Below, in pieces: positions 27,420 to 39,930 of a stretch of DNA of 64,000 bases. Source of the DNA: Chiloscyllium plagiosum (lineage: Eukaryota); NCBI RefSeq assembly GCF_004010195.1, contig NC_057734.1, positions 28,955,990 through 29,019,989 on the forward strand. Reading direction: 5' to 3'. The translations under genes were made by a program, and so were the position numbers. The notes beneath the pieces were generated by a model. That model saw only the letters and a list, made by a program, of their open reading frames with translations, did not search any database and was not told the origin of the DNA. Each line of letters opens with the position of its first letter. The stretch's first letter is position 1.

Positions 27420-27720
27420 TGAGTGCAGAGAATCCTGGCTCTCCCTTTAGTGAGACACTAAGAAACTGCTGGAGGGAGTGATGTGCTGCCTTCTGGGTGA
27501 AATTTTAAACAAAGGTCCTGTCTGTCCATTTAGGGGAATGGAAAGGTTTTAATGTCATGATTCAAAGAAAGGAATGGAGTTCATCTATTATTCAGGCTAA
27601 AAATCCTCCCTCAACCATTGGCCAATTATTCTATTTTTATCTCTTTCATCTTTCTTATATGGTTATCCAACAATGTAAAGTATTAATTATGAAACACTTT
27701 AGAACAGTCTGAGGAGACAA
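27420..27720 (+). mobile_element. Deu-domain SINE, degraded
   Basis: gagggagtg...ttaaacaaaggtcctgtctg...caaagaaagg...ccctcaacca follows the Deu core. Confidence 0.55.
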
Positions 27721-28426
27721 AAGAATCATAGAATTATTCATGAAGAAGGCCATTCAGTCCATCAATTTTGGTTTTTTTTGCCCAAATAGACAATTTCACA
27801 ATTTCCTACATTATACTCAATTTGCCAAATCTTTACGCACTCACTTAACCTATCTATATTCCTTGTGTCTTATGACCCCTTCACAACTTACACTCTTAAA
27901 TATTGTTGTTCCAACTAGCAAATTTAACAACCATAGCTTCAGCTCCCTCATCAAAGTCATTTTTTTAATTCTTAAAAAGGTTGAGGTTCCTGTAGCACAC
28001 CGCTCGTTATATCTTACCAACTAGAAAATGACTGATTTATATTTGTTTTCTGTTTCCTATTAGCTAGCCAGTATTCTACTTTCACAAATATACTCATCCA
28101 ATAGCTTTTATCTTCTACAATAGCCTTTGAGGCAGCACCTTATCAAATATCTTTTGGAACTATCAGCACAGTTTACCCACCCATTTGTAAAACATGATCT
28201 CCCCTTCACAAAACTAGATTGATTTGCCTTGGGTTTCAATAGCTTCTACTATCGTCCTAACGACTGATGTATAGCTAAGTAGCCTGTTGTTTCCTGTTTT
28301 TGTCTTCCTCCTTTTTTGAATAAAGGAACTGTGTTCACTATTTTTTAATTTAATAGGATCTTTCCCTAACAAAAAAAGTTTGGAAAATTAATACCAATGC
28401 ATCAACTATTTCTATAACCATCAATT

Positions 28427-28924
28427 GGGAGGTGCCGGTGTTGGACTGGGGTGTACAAAGTTAATAATCACACAAAATCAGGTTATAGTCCAACAGGTTT
28501 GTTTGGAAGCACTAGCTTTCAGAGCACTGCTCCCCATTGTAAGACACAGAATTTATAGCAAAAGTTTACAGTGTGATGTAACTGAAATTGTACATTGAAA
28601 AAGAAGCGGATTGTTTGTTAAGTCTCTCATCTTTTAGAATGACCATGTTGGTTTCAGCTCTTTCATATGTTCTTAAAGTTCTTACACATGGAAGAACTGA
28701 AACCAACATGATCATGCTAAAAGATGAGAGACTTAACAAAAAATCTGGGTCTTTTTCAAGATATAATTTCAGTTACACCACACTGTAAACTTTTGCTATA
28801 AATTCTGTGTCTTACAATCTTATTCTCCACAATCACCTGATGAAGGAGCAGTGCTCTGAAAGTTAGTGCTTCCAAATAAACCTGTTGGACTATAACCTGA
28901 TTTTGTGTGATTATTAACTTTGTA
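28427..28924 (-). mobile_element. PLE family B hairpin insertion (~500 bp)
   Basis: Tail ~28427-28453, inverted arms ~28454-28670 / ~28685-28924, TSD tataaccatcaatt / tatagccattaatt (28413-28426, 28923-28936). Confidence 0.9.
28834..28868 (+). ncRNA. Minimal hammerhead ribozyme motif (family B)
   Basis: cac CTGATGA a ggagc agt gctct GAAA gt TA gtg. Confidence 0.7.
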
Positions 28925-29479
28925 TAGCCATTAATTTTAAGACCCTAATTATAGCCCAGGTTTGTGTCAGTCCATTGCACCAACAATTTACTTCCCTGGT
29001 GATTGTAATCCTCTCTAGTTCTTCCATTTTCTGATTTACAGTTATTTCTGGGATATTACTTATATCCTATACAATGAGAACCAATTCCACTGTCATCTCC
29101 TTATATTCCATTGTTAAATCCCCCGATTCACTTCCTATACGACCAACATTCACTTTGTTACCTCTCTTCTTTTTCTAAATATATAGAAACTCCTACTGTC
29201 TGAGGTATTTAGCTAACTTTCTCTTGCACTCTAATTTCCCTCCTTATTAATCTTGCTATTATTTGCTGTTGTTTATCTTCTAGCCGATCTTCTGGCGTGC
29301 TTTGCACAATTATCTGCTAATTCTTTAGTTTTATCATTTTTAAAATTTATTAGATAATCACTAATGGAATTTGTCTTTCTCATGGGAATTTAGCTATTCT
29401 AAAAAACTCCTTAAATATCTGCCACTGCTTATCCATCTTACTTATCCAAATAATCGTTTTGTAACGTAGAACTTGAGAA

Positions 29480-29660
29480 TGGCTGAAATGAGAAACATTT
29501 TGATGAAGTGTTTAGTCTTATATCCATCAGGACAATTCACAAGGATATCCATTTTAGGGGAAGTCAATATTTATACTGCATGAGAGGAGAGTGCTGATAG
29601 TTCAACAAATTTGTGCTGATTGACAGTTAACTGTTGGGATTTATTTAAATTTAACCTGTT
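29480..29660 (-). mobile_element. Old repeat, probably a fourth PLE family (D) terminus
   Basis: Homologous to 41540-41775; minus strand gtcctgatgg...gactaaacacttc resembles a decayed hammerhead. Confidence 0.45.
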
Positions 29661-30349
29661 GTTACTATTCTGACTTTTCCTGTCTATGTACACATTAAAA
29701 TCCTCAAATTATTGCCATACCTTTCTGACAAGTTCCTATTATTCCTCCTTTAATACTCCATCTTATCCTGTGATTATTGTTTGGAGACTTATACAACTCT
29801 TCCAAAAGTAATTTTCTTGCCTTTATAATTTCTTATCTCTACCCAAATGCAGAGATCCCTATCCTAAGAGGTGATTTTTTAAAAATGCCCAAGGAGCTTT
29901 CCCATCACAGTGTGTATAATTTAGGCTTCAGCTCATGAATTCTGAGCCAAAACTGCTCAAGCTGTAAACACGTACTGATGTATGTGCCCTGAAACACATT
30001 GGCATCCAGGAGCTCCCATATGTTGCAGTCATGACACATCATCTATCCTGCCATCTTTATGAGTTTTATTGAACTACTTTAAAAACGTTGGCATGGAAAT
30101 TATGTGAGTGAGTGGATGAGGGAAATGTAAGGGGTGAGAACCAGAAGGCTTAATATTTTACACAGAAACTGGGATGAAGTATCAGACAACCAAAGTGGGC
30201 CTTTTAATCATCCTTCCTTTTTGTTCAACAGTCCTCTCGGCTGCCTCCGATCTGCATCCAGGGACAGCAGGTCTGATTCTATCCCACATCGGGAAATTTG
30301 TTGAAACAAGCTTCCTGTCCTGATGGCGAAAATCTAGTCTTTACTTAAT

Positions 30350-30445
30350 TCTGTGCCCCTCCACACAGAAACTGTCTGACCTGCTTAGTATTTCCTGAAC
30401 TTTCTGTTGTGGTTACAGATTTCCAGCATCTGCAGCATTCCATTT
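30350..30445 (+). mobile_element. Old PLE family A-related terminus
   Basis: ctgacctgcttagtatttcc...cagatttccagcatctgcag. Confidence 0.55.
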
Positions 30446-32184
30446 TCAACCATTTCTGGTCAAGCTTATGACCATGATCAAAGTGTTTGAGCATGAGAAA
30501 ACTCAGCTTCAAATGGGGTAAGTAATGTGTCCCCATCCACAATGTTTCCTACTCTCCTAATCAAAATGCAAAACATACTTCATCCTGCTCTAGAATCATG
30601 TGAAGGAAGCAATGTTATAATTCCTGTTTCTTATGCTGGCAACAGGCCTGATGGTAAAAACACCTTCTCCCTCAAGACTCGGATTAGCATGTCTAGCTCT
30701 GTAGTCTATCTAATGCTAAATTAATTTCCACAATCTTAATGACTGCATTAAATGGAAAGATAATAACTCGAGGGCCTGAGACTCTGCTCAAAATGAAGTG
30801 AATTAGTTCCAAAAGTCCATACAAGGCCAAACAACTTCAATAACAATTTCGGCTTGAAAACTTATGCAGAAACACAATAATGCCTCATTGTAATAGAACT
30901 GTTATTCCCACTGGCCATATTTCCTCATGGGCCTACTGAAGAAATCATAATGCAATAATTAATGCCGGTTTCTGTACAACATTTCATGCCAAGATTGCTA
31001 TTCGATGCATCTGGAACATAACGTCATTCTAATGCAATAAAGGAGCATTGGAGTTAAAGCATTGTGGATGAAGGGGAAGATTATTTCCTGACACACTTCA
31101 GCACACATACTTATTAACAAGAAGCAATAATCTTTGCTAGTTTATTTATTAATAAAGAGGGGAAAATTTGCATTATCTAACCTATTGCACCGACTTATGA
31201 AGGAAAGCACAACATCTTCATACATCGACACTGACATGAAGAAGTTACTACCATTTACCTGTAGTGAAATGCGTGCTTGTCTTCTATATTAGCGTTGTGG
31301 CAATTTTTCAAAAATATGTATGCAGCATGAGTCTCTCTCATATTTAAATCACCTGGGTGCAATTAAAATTTATTTATTCAGCGACACTGCAAATTCTTTA
31401 GGCCAAGGCAACACTTCTAGCAGGAATAACAAATAGGAAAATTGTCCTCTTTAGTAATGATCTATGATTTTGCAGTTCTTTTTGTTATTAGTTCTTGAGA
31501 AATGAGTGTCACTGTCCTTATATGCGAAGAAGTTTGTCTCGTTAAGGAATATGCAAGAACTCTTTGATAAGGTGAAATGGTTTACTTGATGAGCAAGAGA
31601 CATACAAGTTGGTGTTGGACTGCAGTTACATGTAGGCATATAGGCCACACACAATAGACACAAACTTCCTTCCATAAAGAATGTTAATTGGATAGAACCA
31701 GTTCACTTTGGTTCTATCCAATTGCTTTCAGGTCATTTATGTTGTTTCCCAAAGTTTTTAACTTGTATTCAACCTCTTAGTGTGCAATTGTATGATTTGA
31801 TTCTGTTCTCTAATCTATTAATCCAGACCTCTGAATTATTAATCAATAATGTAAGTGCTACATTGTTGGGGTCTGAATAATCAAGGCCATGAAACTTAAA
31901 ATTTGGGAGATTAAATTAACCTGTCCTTTTTGATAGACTCCAAAATCCAACGGCATTTACTGAAAAGTCTAACATTTAGTAGACATATTTGAATCAAGGG
32001 TTTTATTCAGAACTTCCCACCAAACATCTCAGAAAATTCCACTTGTATACAGTAAACATGTTCACAGAAAGAGGTCTAAGTGACTTTATGATTTCTTGGA
32101 GTAAGGAAGTAAAAAGGCAAATCAGATAAAGAAAGAATAAGAGAATAAAATGGCAGCTGACAGAAACAGGAACACAAATACCTC

Positions 32185-32305
32185 CAAAAACCAAAGAAAT
32201 GAAAATGCTGGAAATCAGAAACAAAAGCAGAAATTCAGCAGGTCTGGCAGTATCTTTTGAGACAAAGCAGAATTAACATTTCAGGTCCAATGACCCTTCT
32301 TCAGC
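32185..32305 (-). mobile_element. Old PLE family A-related terminus
   Basis: Minus strand ctgaagaagggtcattggacctgaaatgtta (hammerhead-like) followed by ctgccagacctgctg. Confidence 0.6.
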
Positions 32306-32329
32306 ACAAATATCTTCTACCAGTATGTA

Positions 32330-34110
32330 AATAGTTTGCTTATTGTAAGAGGTTGGGTGGATCCTTTTGAAGAGAAATGATAAATGCTGAGGGGTGCAGG
32401 GCAATGCTTGAATACTTAATAAGTACTTGTACACCATAGTTTCTTAAGGAAAGAAATGTTGACAAACTTTCCTTAGAAACGGAGATGGTAAATGCAGATG
32501 CATTGAAAATTGATAGGCTGATTCTACCAGAAAGGCTGACTATGTTAAGAGTGGTTAGGTCAACTGGTCCCAATGGGTTACATCCCAGATTCATAAAGGA
32601 AATGTTGGCAGTGATGTAGAAGGCTTGTCATAATCTTTCTGCAGATGCCAGAAGTTTGGAAAGTGGAAAATGTAAGACCTTTGTTCAAGAAAAGGTGTCT
32701 GAATTCTTAGCAAGTTCTTAACAACTCCAAATTGGTTATGCTAACATCAGTATTGGGTAAGGCTTTAGGAACAATAATAGGGGGAAAACATCACAGGCAT
32801 GAAGGGAGGTTTGAATTATTTAATTGATTTGTAAAAGATGGGACATATCTGATGAATCTAAGTTAATGTTTTGGTGGAATAACAGAGAAGGCCAATGAAG
32901 GGAATGCAGTGAATATTATCAATGTGGATATTAAAGAAGTTATTGATAAGATTTCACAGAACTTTTATTAATATCATAATAAGGATGATGAAAGATAGGG
33001 TCAATGTCTGCAAGGATAAATAATTGGCTTAATGAAAGTAAACATATCATTGTAGATGGTTGCTTTTCAGACCGAAAGACAGTGGAGACTGGTGCCACAC
33101 CGTTTCCCCTCACCTCCCTCGTCACCCTCACGAATTAATGACAGGGTCACTGGTTTTTTTAAAATGACATAGCATTGGAAGGCAGAGCAAAATCTTAAAA
33201 TTTGTCGATGATGCCAATTTTGGAGGAGGTTAAGGATGATATCAATTGATTCAAACAGGGCATTGAGAGGTTAGTAAAAAGGGCAGACGAGTAATGAATA
33301 GAAATTAATCTAGGGAAGTGCAATGTCATGTATTTTAGTGGAAGGGATGGAGTAAGGCAATATAAATTAAATAGCACAGCTCTAAAGACTGTTCAGCAAC
33401 AGAGCAACCCAGGGGTTCCTGTGCACCTATCTTTGAAAGTGGCAACATATATTGTAAATATTGTATGCAAGATCCTGGAATACATAAATAGAGGTGCTGA
33501 GTAAAAAAACAGTAAAGTTATGCTGAATCTCTACAAAGCTCACTGATCAACAGCTTGAGTGTATTCTCAATTCTGGTCACCACACTTTAAGAAGGATGTG
33601 AAGTCCCTGAGAAGATACAAAGGAGAATAGTTCCAAGGTTGAAAAGATTTAGCTACAAGGTCAGATTGCAAGAGCTACTTGTTGTCTTTGGAGCAAAGAA
33701 GATTGAAGGAAAATTGGATGGAGAGCTACAGATTTATGACCAATGTAGATAATGCAAACAAGGATGTGCTGTTGTCAATGGCCGATGTACACAGAGGGAC
33801 ATAGACCTAAAGTCATGTATATGAGATACAGGGAGAATGTGAGGGAGAACTTTAGTTACCCAGTGAGTGGTAATATCTTGGAACTCACTGGCTGCTGGAA
33901 ACAGAGATGATAAATTATTTCCAAAGAAAACCCATACAAACAATTGAGGCAAGCGAACTAGCTGCCTGACCTGCTGCGCTTTTCCAGCAACACATTTTCA
34001 GGGCTACAAGAATAGCTGGGCAAAACGAGACTGACTGAATCACTCGACAGTGAGAGAGAAAGGATTCACTGGGCTGAATTGCCTTTCTCTGTGGAATAAT
34101 GACTCTTCAG
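32330..34110 (+). mobile_element. Old CR1 LINE ORF2, heavily decayed
   Basis: GPNGLHPR, WKVENVRPLFKK, KFVDDA, KCNVMYF and QxVVISWNSL remnants in order. Confidence 0.75.
33961..34001 (+). mobile_element. PLE family A solo tail-less arm fragment
   Basis: gctgcctgacctgctgcgcttttccagcaacacattttcag, essentially matching young family A copies, inside old CR1. Confidence 0.75.
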
Positions 34111-34959
34111 AATAAAGAAGTGTTTCAATAAGATTCCTCACTGACCTAGTTGGTAGAGCCAAAAATAGTTGAACTATGCACACTGCAAATGTCCCAGACT
34201 TGATCTAAAAAGCTCCATGGAGCTACCTTAGAACAGTGAGAGTAGCAGGTGCAGCCATATGATTGGCCCTAACTAAGGGAGGGGAACATATGCCAGGTTT
34301 CCTGCCTCTGATCATTGAACAAAGCTGGCTGGAAGTGTGGGTTTGCAATCACTGGTTTCGACTGTGACATGATGTCTTATGGTGAACAGCTTGATGACAC
34401 TCACGGTTGAAGCCCACCCAGAAGAAAGACTGCTTAGACAAGGTGTCATACAGGAACTGGCACTTAGTGTAGTCATTATCCAGCAAGATGTCAAAACCTT
34501 CACAGGACAGCAGAGAAAACTGACAAAAAAAAGGAAGAAATGTTTCAATATTTAGAACTGGACCAAAATAATGGAATGGCTTTTCTGAACTGTGAAAAAC
34601 ATATAAAATGTGAATGTTGTGCTGGGTTGGGCTTTTTTGTTTAGTACTTTCTGTGACATATCTTTCTTACATCTTCCTGTATTCTTAAGTTTTTTTCACC
34701 TGGTTATGTTCCACTGCTGTATCCCTGCAAAGAGACAAAAACATCCTCACGTTTCTTCACTTCTCTGATTGCTGTGCTGATAGTTTGAAATCTCACCCAT
34801 TGTGAAGTTTCACCAAAACACTTGCCATTCTGACTTTGCAACTGCACAATGCTAATCTAATTATTATTGGCTGTGAACAATTTATTCCTTATGGTTAAGT
34901 ATGAGTTATCACATTTCTGAGAAGTATGGATACTCAGAGTACTGTTGAGATGGAAAATC

Positions 34960-35710
34960 TATTTATTGGTACCTTATCCCTGCATGGGCATCACTAGTTG
35001 AACCAGTATTTGTTGCCCATCTAGAATTGCCCTTCAGAGAGTGCTGGTGAACTCCTTATATGGACCACTGCAGTCCTTGTGGAGAAGTATTGTTAAGAAG
35101 GGAATTCCAGGATTTTGATCCAGTGACAGTGAAGGAACAGTGAAACTGGTGGTGCAGTATCTTTGAGGACATCTGCCAATGGTAGTATTCTCATGCATAT
35201 ACTGTCCCTGTCCTTCTAGGTAGTGGTGGCTGAGAGCTTGTAAATATCTGTTGAAGGACCCTTAGTGAGTTGCAGTAAGCACATCTTGCAGATAGTACAC
35301 ACTGATGCCATAGCGCATCTGTGGTGGAGGAGGAGAATGTTCGAAGTGCTGGATAAGGAGTTAGTAAAGTAGAATGCTCTGCCCTCGTTGGTGTTGAGCT
35401 TTTTGAGTGTTAATAGAGCTGCACATAACCAGGAAAATGAAGAATTTTCCATCACAGTTCTGAGTTGCGCTTTGCAGGTTTTAGACAGACCTAAGGAAGT
35501 CAGGAGGTGAATTAGTCATCACAGAATTCCCAACATTTGACCTATTCTGGAAGGCACTGTATTTATATAGCTTATCCTGCTCAGTTTCTGGCCAATAGTA
35601 ACTAGAGATGTCCGTAGTAGGGGATTCTGCAATGGTAAAGCCATTGCCTGATACTTGCGTGTCACAAATGTTACTTGTCACTTACCAACCAGAGTTTTGA
35701 TGTTCTCCAC
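34960..35710 (-). mobile_element. Family X non-LTR 3' region
   Basis: Reverse complement of the family X end (tttgttgcccatctagaattgcccttcagagagtgctggtga). Confidence 0.65.
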
Positions 35711-36917
35711 CTTATATATAGGAACATAGGAATGAGCAACTCAGCCCTACAAGCCTGCTCTGCCATTTAACATGATCATGGCTGATCTTATCCTGGTCTC
35801 AACTTCACTTTCCTGCCTGCTCCTCACAGCCATCTATCCCACTTTTCATCAGAAACATATCTATTTCTTTCTTGAATCTGTTGATTTATATTTTTGTCTC
35901 CTTCTTCGACATAAATATCCAGCTCAGAATTATCAAATCATTGTTTCTCCTTGTCAGCCTCTTTATAATTTACTTGATTCTCTATTTATCACTTTATGAT
36001 TTTTACTTGTCACCCTTTTTAAATCTCTTCTTTGTAACTCATTATCATCTTTACTTTATGATCAACTTTCTAAACAGCTTTATGAGAACATTAAGTACGG
36101 AGAAAGAAAAGGCCGGGAAACTCATTCTCCGCCTCCAAGTTGGCCTCTGATGTGAGTATAGGGAATCTACTAATTGAAAATATAAAGGAATTATTAACTA
36201 ATTATGAATCCAATGATGATTTTTCAAACATATGGAGATAGAATAATGAATATGGATACCATCGGAGTCAATATTTCAATATAAATGCCGAGATTTTCAC
36301 TCCAAGACCAAAGCACAGAGTTGGGACGTTGCCCAACTCCACAGACCTGACTCAAGAGGAAGTGCTCCAACGTTGGGATTCTCCTTCGCACGTGGTGAGG
36401 TTCCATGGGAGTTGGCCTGGACAATTCCAGGATGAATTTATAGGTGCAGCTGGGCATGGAGATGGCCTTGGCAGAAAGCCTGCCTTCATGCCTGGGTGCT
36501 TTGTTGAAGTGAGTTTTTTAAAAACAAAAATAAAAAAACTACATCCCACTAGCCATTCAACCTGACATCTCCTCAACCCCACGCATACTCCCTGCACCCT
36601 ATGGCTTTCCATCACAGTCCTGATTTATGCTTTGTAGGTATTGACAGATTTTGGAAAATCAGGAGGTTAACCCATGCCAACTCATAATCTCCAGCCCTAC
36701 TCCAAAATTTTCCATCCTCTCTATACCAGCCTATGCACCTTCGCCCACTCCCATATCTTTCTACAGCCGAAAACCAATCTAATGCCAATTCATGCCAACC
36801 CATGACCTCACCTTGTATCCAACATGGGCAGACCTGAGGATCTGTGAAGAGATAAAATAACAAAAATGTAAGTTTCTATAGGGTGTAGGTTTGCTCGCTG
36901 AGCTGTAGGTTTGATAT

Positions 36918-36957
36918 CCAGACGTTTCATTACCTGGCTAGGTAACATCATCAGTGG
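36918..36957 (-). ncRNA. Minimal hammerhead ribozyme (family C, left arm)
   Basis: Exact reverse complement of 37071-37110. Confidence 0.8.
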
Positions 36958-37070
36958 CAACCTCCAAGTGAAGCGAAGCTGTTGTCTCCTGCTTTCTATT
37001 TATATGTTTGTCCTGGACAAAAACATAAATAGAAAGCAGGAGACAACAGCTTCGCTTCACTTGGAGGTTG

Positions 37071-37110
37071 CCACTGATGATGTTACCTAGCCAGGTAATG
37101 AAACGTCTGG
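37071..37110 (+). ncRNA. Minimal hammerhead ribozyme (family C, right arm)
   Basis: cca CTGATGA t gttacct agcc aggtaat GAAA cg TC tgg: stem I cca/tgg, 7-bp stem II, intact core, predicted cleavage after C37107. Confidence 0.85.
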
Positions 37111-37434
37111 ATATCAAACCTACAGCTCAGGGAGCAAACCTACACCCTAAACCTCAACCTGAGCTACAAACCTTTACAAACCTTGCAAAAAAAGTAAGTT
37201 TCTATTGCAGACTTCGCTCGCATTCATAAAAAAATTATTACATTACATTCCTGCATTTACATGCTGTCTCATAATGAGAAATATTAATTCAACTGCAAAA
37301 CAGCTAATAAAATCAAGCAATGGAATCAAAATCCTACTTCAAAGAGCTTACAACATTTGGAGCTGTCAATCAAACTGGGAAGTAGCAGGTTTCCTTCCCT
37401 GTTAGTTGAAACTTGTAAAACACAGCACTAAGGA

Positions 37435-37850
37435 CTGTTTTCAATGGAGCATCGGAGGCTGAGGGGTGATCTTATAGAGGTTTATAAAATCATGAGGTGC
37501 ATGCATAGGATAAATAGACAAGGTCTTTTCCCCTGCGGTGAGGGAGTCCAGAATTAGAGGGCATAGGTTTAGGGTGAGAGGGAAAAATTTAACAGGGACC
37601 TAAGGGGCAATGTTTTCACGCAGTGGGTGGTGCATCTATGGAATGAGCTGCCCTAGGAAGTGGTGGAGGCTGGTACAATTGCAACATTTAAAAGGCATCT
37701 GGGAGTGTATAAATAGGAAGGTTTTAGAGGGATATGGGCTGGGTGCTGGCATGTGGGACTAGATTGGGTTGGGATATCTGGTTGGCATGGACGAGTTGGA
37801 CTGAAGGGTCTGTTTCCATGCTGTACATCTCTATGACTCTATGACTGTAT
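37435..37850 (+). mobile_element. HER1 LINE 3' end
   Basis: RLRGDLIEVYKIM...FTQWVVHLWNELP, tail (ctctatga)n, TSD agcactaagga / agcactcagga (37424-37434, 37854-37864). Confidence 0.9.
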
Positions 37851-37974
37851 AATAGCACTCAGGATAACGTCAACTGATAGAGTGAAATAGCAAGCACATT
37901 TTTAAATTTAAAGGGCAGATGTTTTACCTAGTTTTCAATGCCTTGACAGCTCTTACTGTAGCCTTTGATGGGGC

Positions 37975-38088
37975 CCCCTGCGGCTCAGTGATAGTGTCCC
38001 TACCTCTGGAATGAGATGCCTAGATTCAAAGCCCACCTCCTCCAGAGGTGTGTAATAATATTTCTGACCAGGTTGATTAGAAAAATAG
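37975..38088 (+). mobile_element. Short tRNA-related SINE-like fragment
   Basis: cggctcagtgatagtgtccctacctctg...gattcaaagccc with A/B box-like motifs. Confidence 0.45.
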
Positions 38089-39289
38089 GTTAAGTTAAAA
38101 AAAGTAGCCTTTGACAGTTCCTCTTGATACTTTTGTTATTTCCTCTAGATAGTTCCAATGAGTTTCACAGTTCAAATGAATTATGCACTTCTAACACACT
38201 TTTATACACACTTTTAATCATCCCAAATCTTGTCTGAAAGGGCCCCTGACCTCTCCCCCAACCCCCACCCTCAATTTATTGCAGAACCTATTCAAACATC
38301 TGTCTTTCTCTCTAAAAGGGTACTTTGTCAATCCAAATGAGTTCCCAACTTTCAGATCTGCTCCTACCAGGTCTATCTGTGCATGTTGCATTTTGTAGAC
38401 CTGAGTAGCCAGAATCTGACCTGGCTGAAGACAGCTGTTGATTCATATCAGCAGCAGTCTCTGTGGAACATGCATGTGTGAACCAGGAAAGGTGCCCATT
38501 CCTGGAGGTTGTACTTGCAAAGTTTCAGGCCCAACTCACTATTCACTTCTGCATTTTCATTTTGTTTTACATGCATGTTTGTGTCAGTACGTTTCCCTCC
38601 TCATGAATTTCTTCCTAATGCTCCCCTCTGTAAAGATAAATCTACAAACAGATCATCCTCTGGAATCTCCTTTGGGTTGCCTGTGCTCAGCCATAAAAAC
38701 TGTGTTACCAAAACAAGCATCAAAGTCCAATAGTATCCTCATCCAATGCCCTCAGTCACAAACTTGCAACAGGAATTTCTGAGTAGCAATCTGGAATAGA
38801 TTTCTCACATAGTTTGTGTCAATAATCGAAGGGTTCTGAAACCTAGCTCAGATTAACTAATTCAGCACACACTGGTGATCAAACAGAAGAGAGTCTTTGT
38901 GTGGTAACAGAGTGGTATTGATTGTCATAACTAAAACTTTAGATCTTTCTAATACAGAAAGCAATCTGTCAAGGAAGTTATCTGAATTCTTGGGTTAAGT
39001 TACAGCCCCATAACTCATTCCTGAGCTTCAATTGCTCCTTTTGTAGTCAATTACTGTCAAAAGGGAACTGTTTAACTGGGAAAGGTTATCGGAATGCGGA
39101 CAGAAGAAAACCTATTTTGAACTCCAGGGTCTAATGCAAACTTGCTCATAATCCTTAATGCAAATTTGACATTTTGCAAATGTTAACAATGGAAGAAGAT
39201 TCTGAATAATGGCTGCACATTGTGTTCATTCGTTAAACGTGCTTTTGGAAACTTGAGGTATCATGAAACTTCAAACTTCTGTCTGAATC

Positions 39290-39930
39290 ATAAAAGCATG
39301 GAATCTTATAGCACAGAAAGAGACCATGTGGCTGATCAGGGGAACTATCCAATCAGTTCTTTTCCTTCGCTCCTTCCTTGCAGCCCCAGCAATCCTTTTT
39401 CTTTTCAAGTAAATTCCATCCAGCCAGTGACTATTGAATCTGCTTACATCTTTTCAGAGCATAACAAGATGGTAGCTTTAAAAAAAACTCATTTGACCCT
39501 CTGCCATCCCTCCACCATCCTCTCCCTCCTCCATTCATTTGTCAGTTATCTTAAATAAGTGCCCTCTATTTGTCAACCCTCCAGCAATTGGAATAGTTCC
39601 TTCCTATCTACTCCATCTAAACTAGTTGAATTCCTGTTTTAAATTTCTGCATAACCTTTTCTGCTCCGCAAAGAACAATCCCAGCTTCTCCAGTTTCTCT
39701 GAGCCTTAGCAGCGTTCCTGAAGTGTGATGACCAGACAAGTGCACAATAATGCTGGTGAGGCCAAACCAGCGAATAACATGTTTATCATAACATTTTTGG
39801 TTTTGTACAGTACGCTGCCAATGATAACACCAGGGATTCCATTTTTTTTTACAGTCTTACAATCTTTGTATACCATCTTTAAGACCTATGCCTGTGAAAC
39901 TCAGGTCTCTCTGTTTCTACATCTCCTTTA
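39290..39930 (-). mobile_element. Old CR1 3' region
   Basis: catggaatcttatagcacagaaagagacc tail; aagaacaatcccagcttctccag. Confidence 0.6.

Larger units (their letters stand above)
27720..30060 (-). mobile_element. Old CR1 LINE remnants from ORF1 to RT, hosting PLE insertions
   Basis: Minus strand near 30030-29925 reads DCNIWELLDANVFQGTYISTCLQLEQFWLRIHEL (CR1 ORF1 zinc-finger/leucine-zipper-like); RT remnants near 28.1-28.4 kb. Confidence 0.6.
36880..37186 (+). mobile_element. PLE family C near-perfect palindrome
   Basis: 135-bp arms 36879-37013 / 37015-37149 with 3 mismatches, tail 37150-37186, TSD gtaagtttctat (36868-36879, 37194-37205). Confidence 0.9.

Noticed and set aside
3140-34520. 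Related old SINE-like segments at about 3140-3420 and 34140-34520, and GC-richer relics near 26.4-27.2, 36.3, 43.2-43.7, 47.5-48.7 and 61.9 kb
   Set aside because: Probably ancient repeats, but too decayed to bound or classify by eye, so not listed as features
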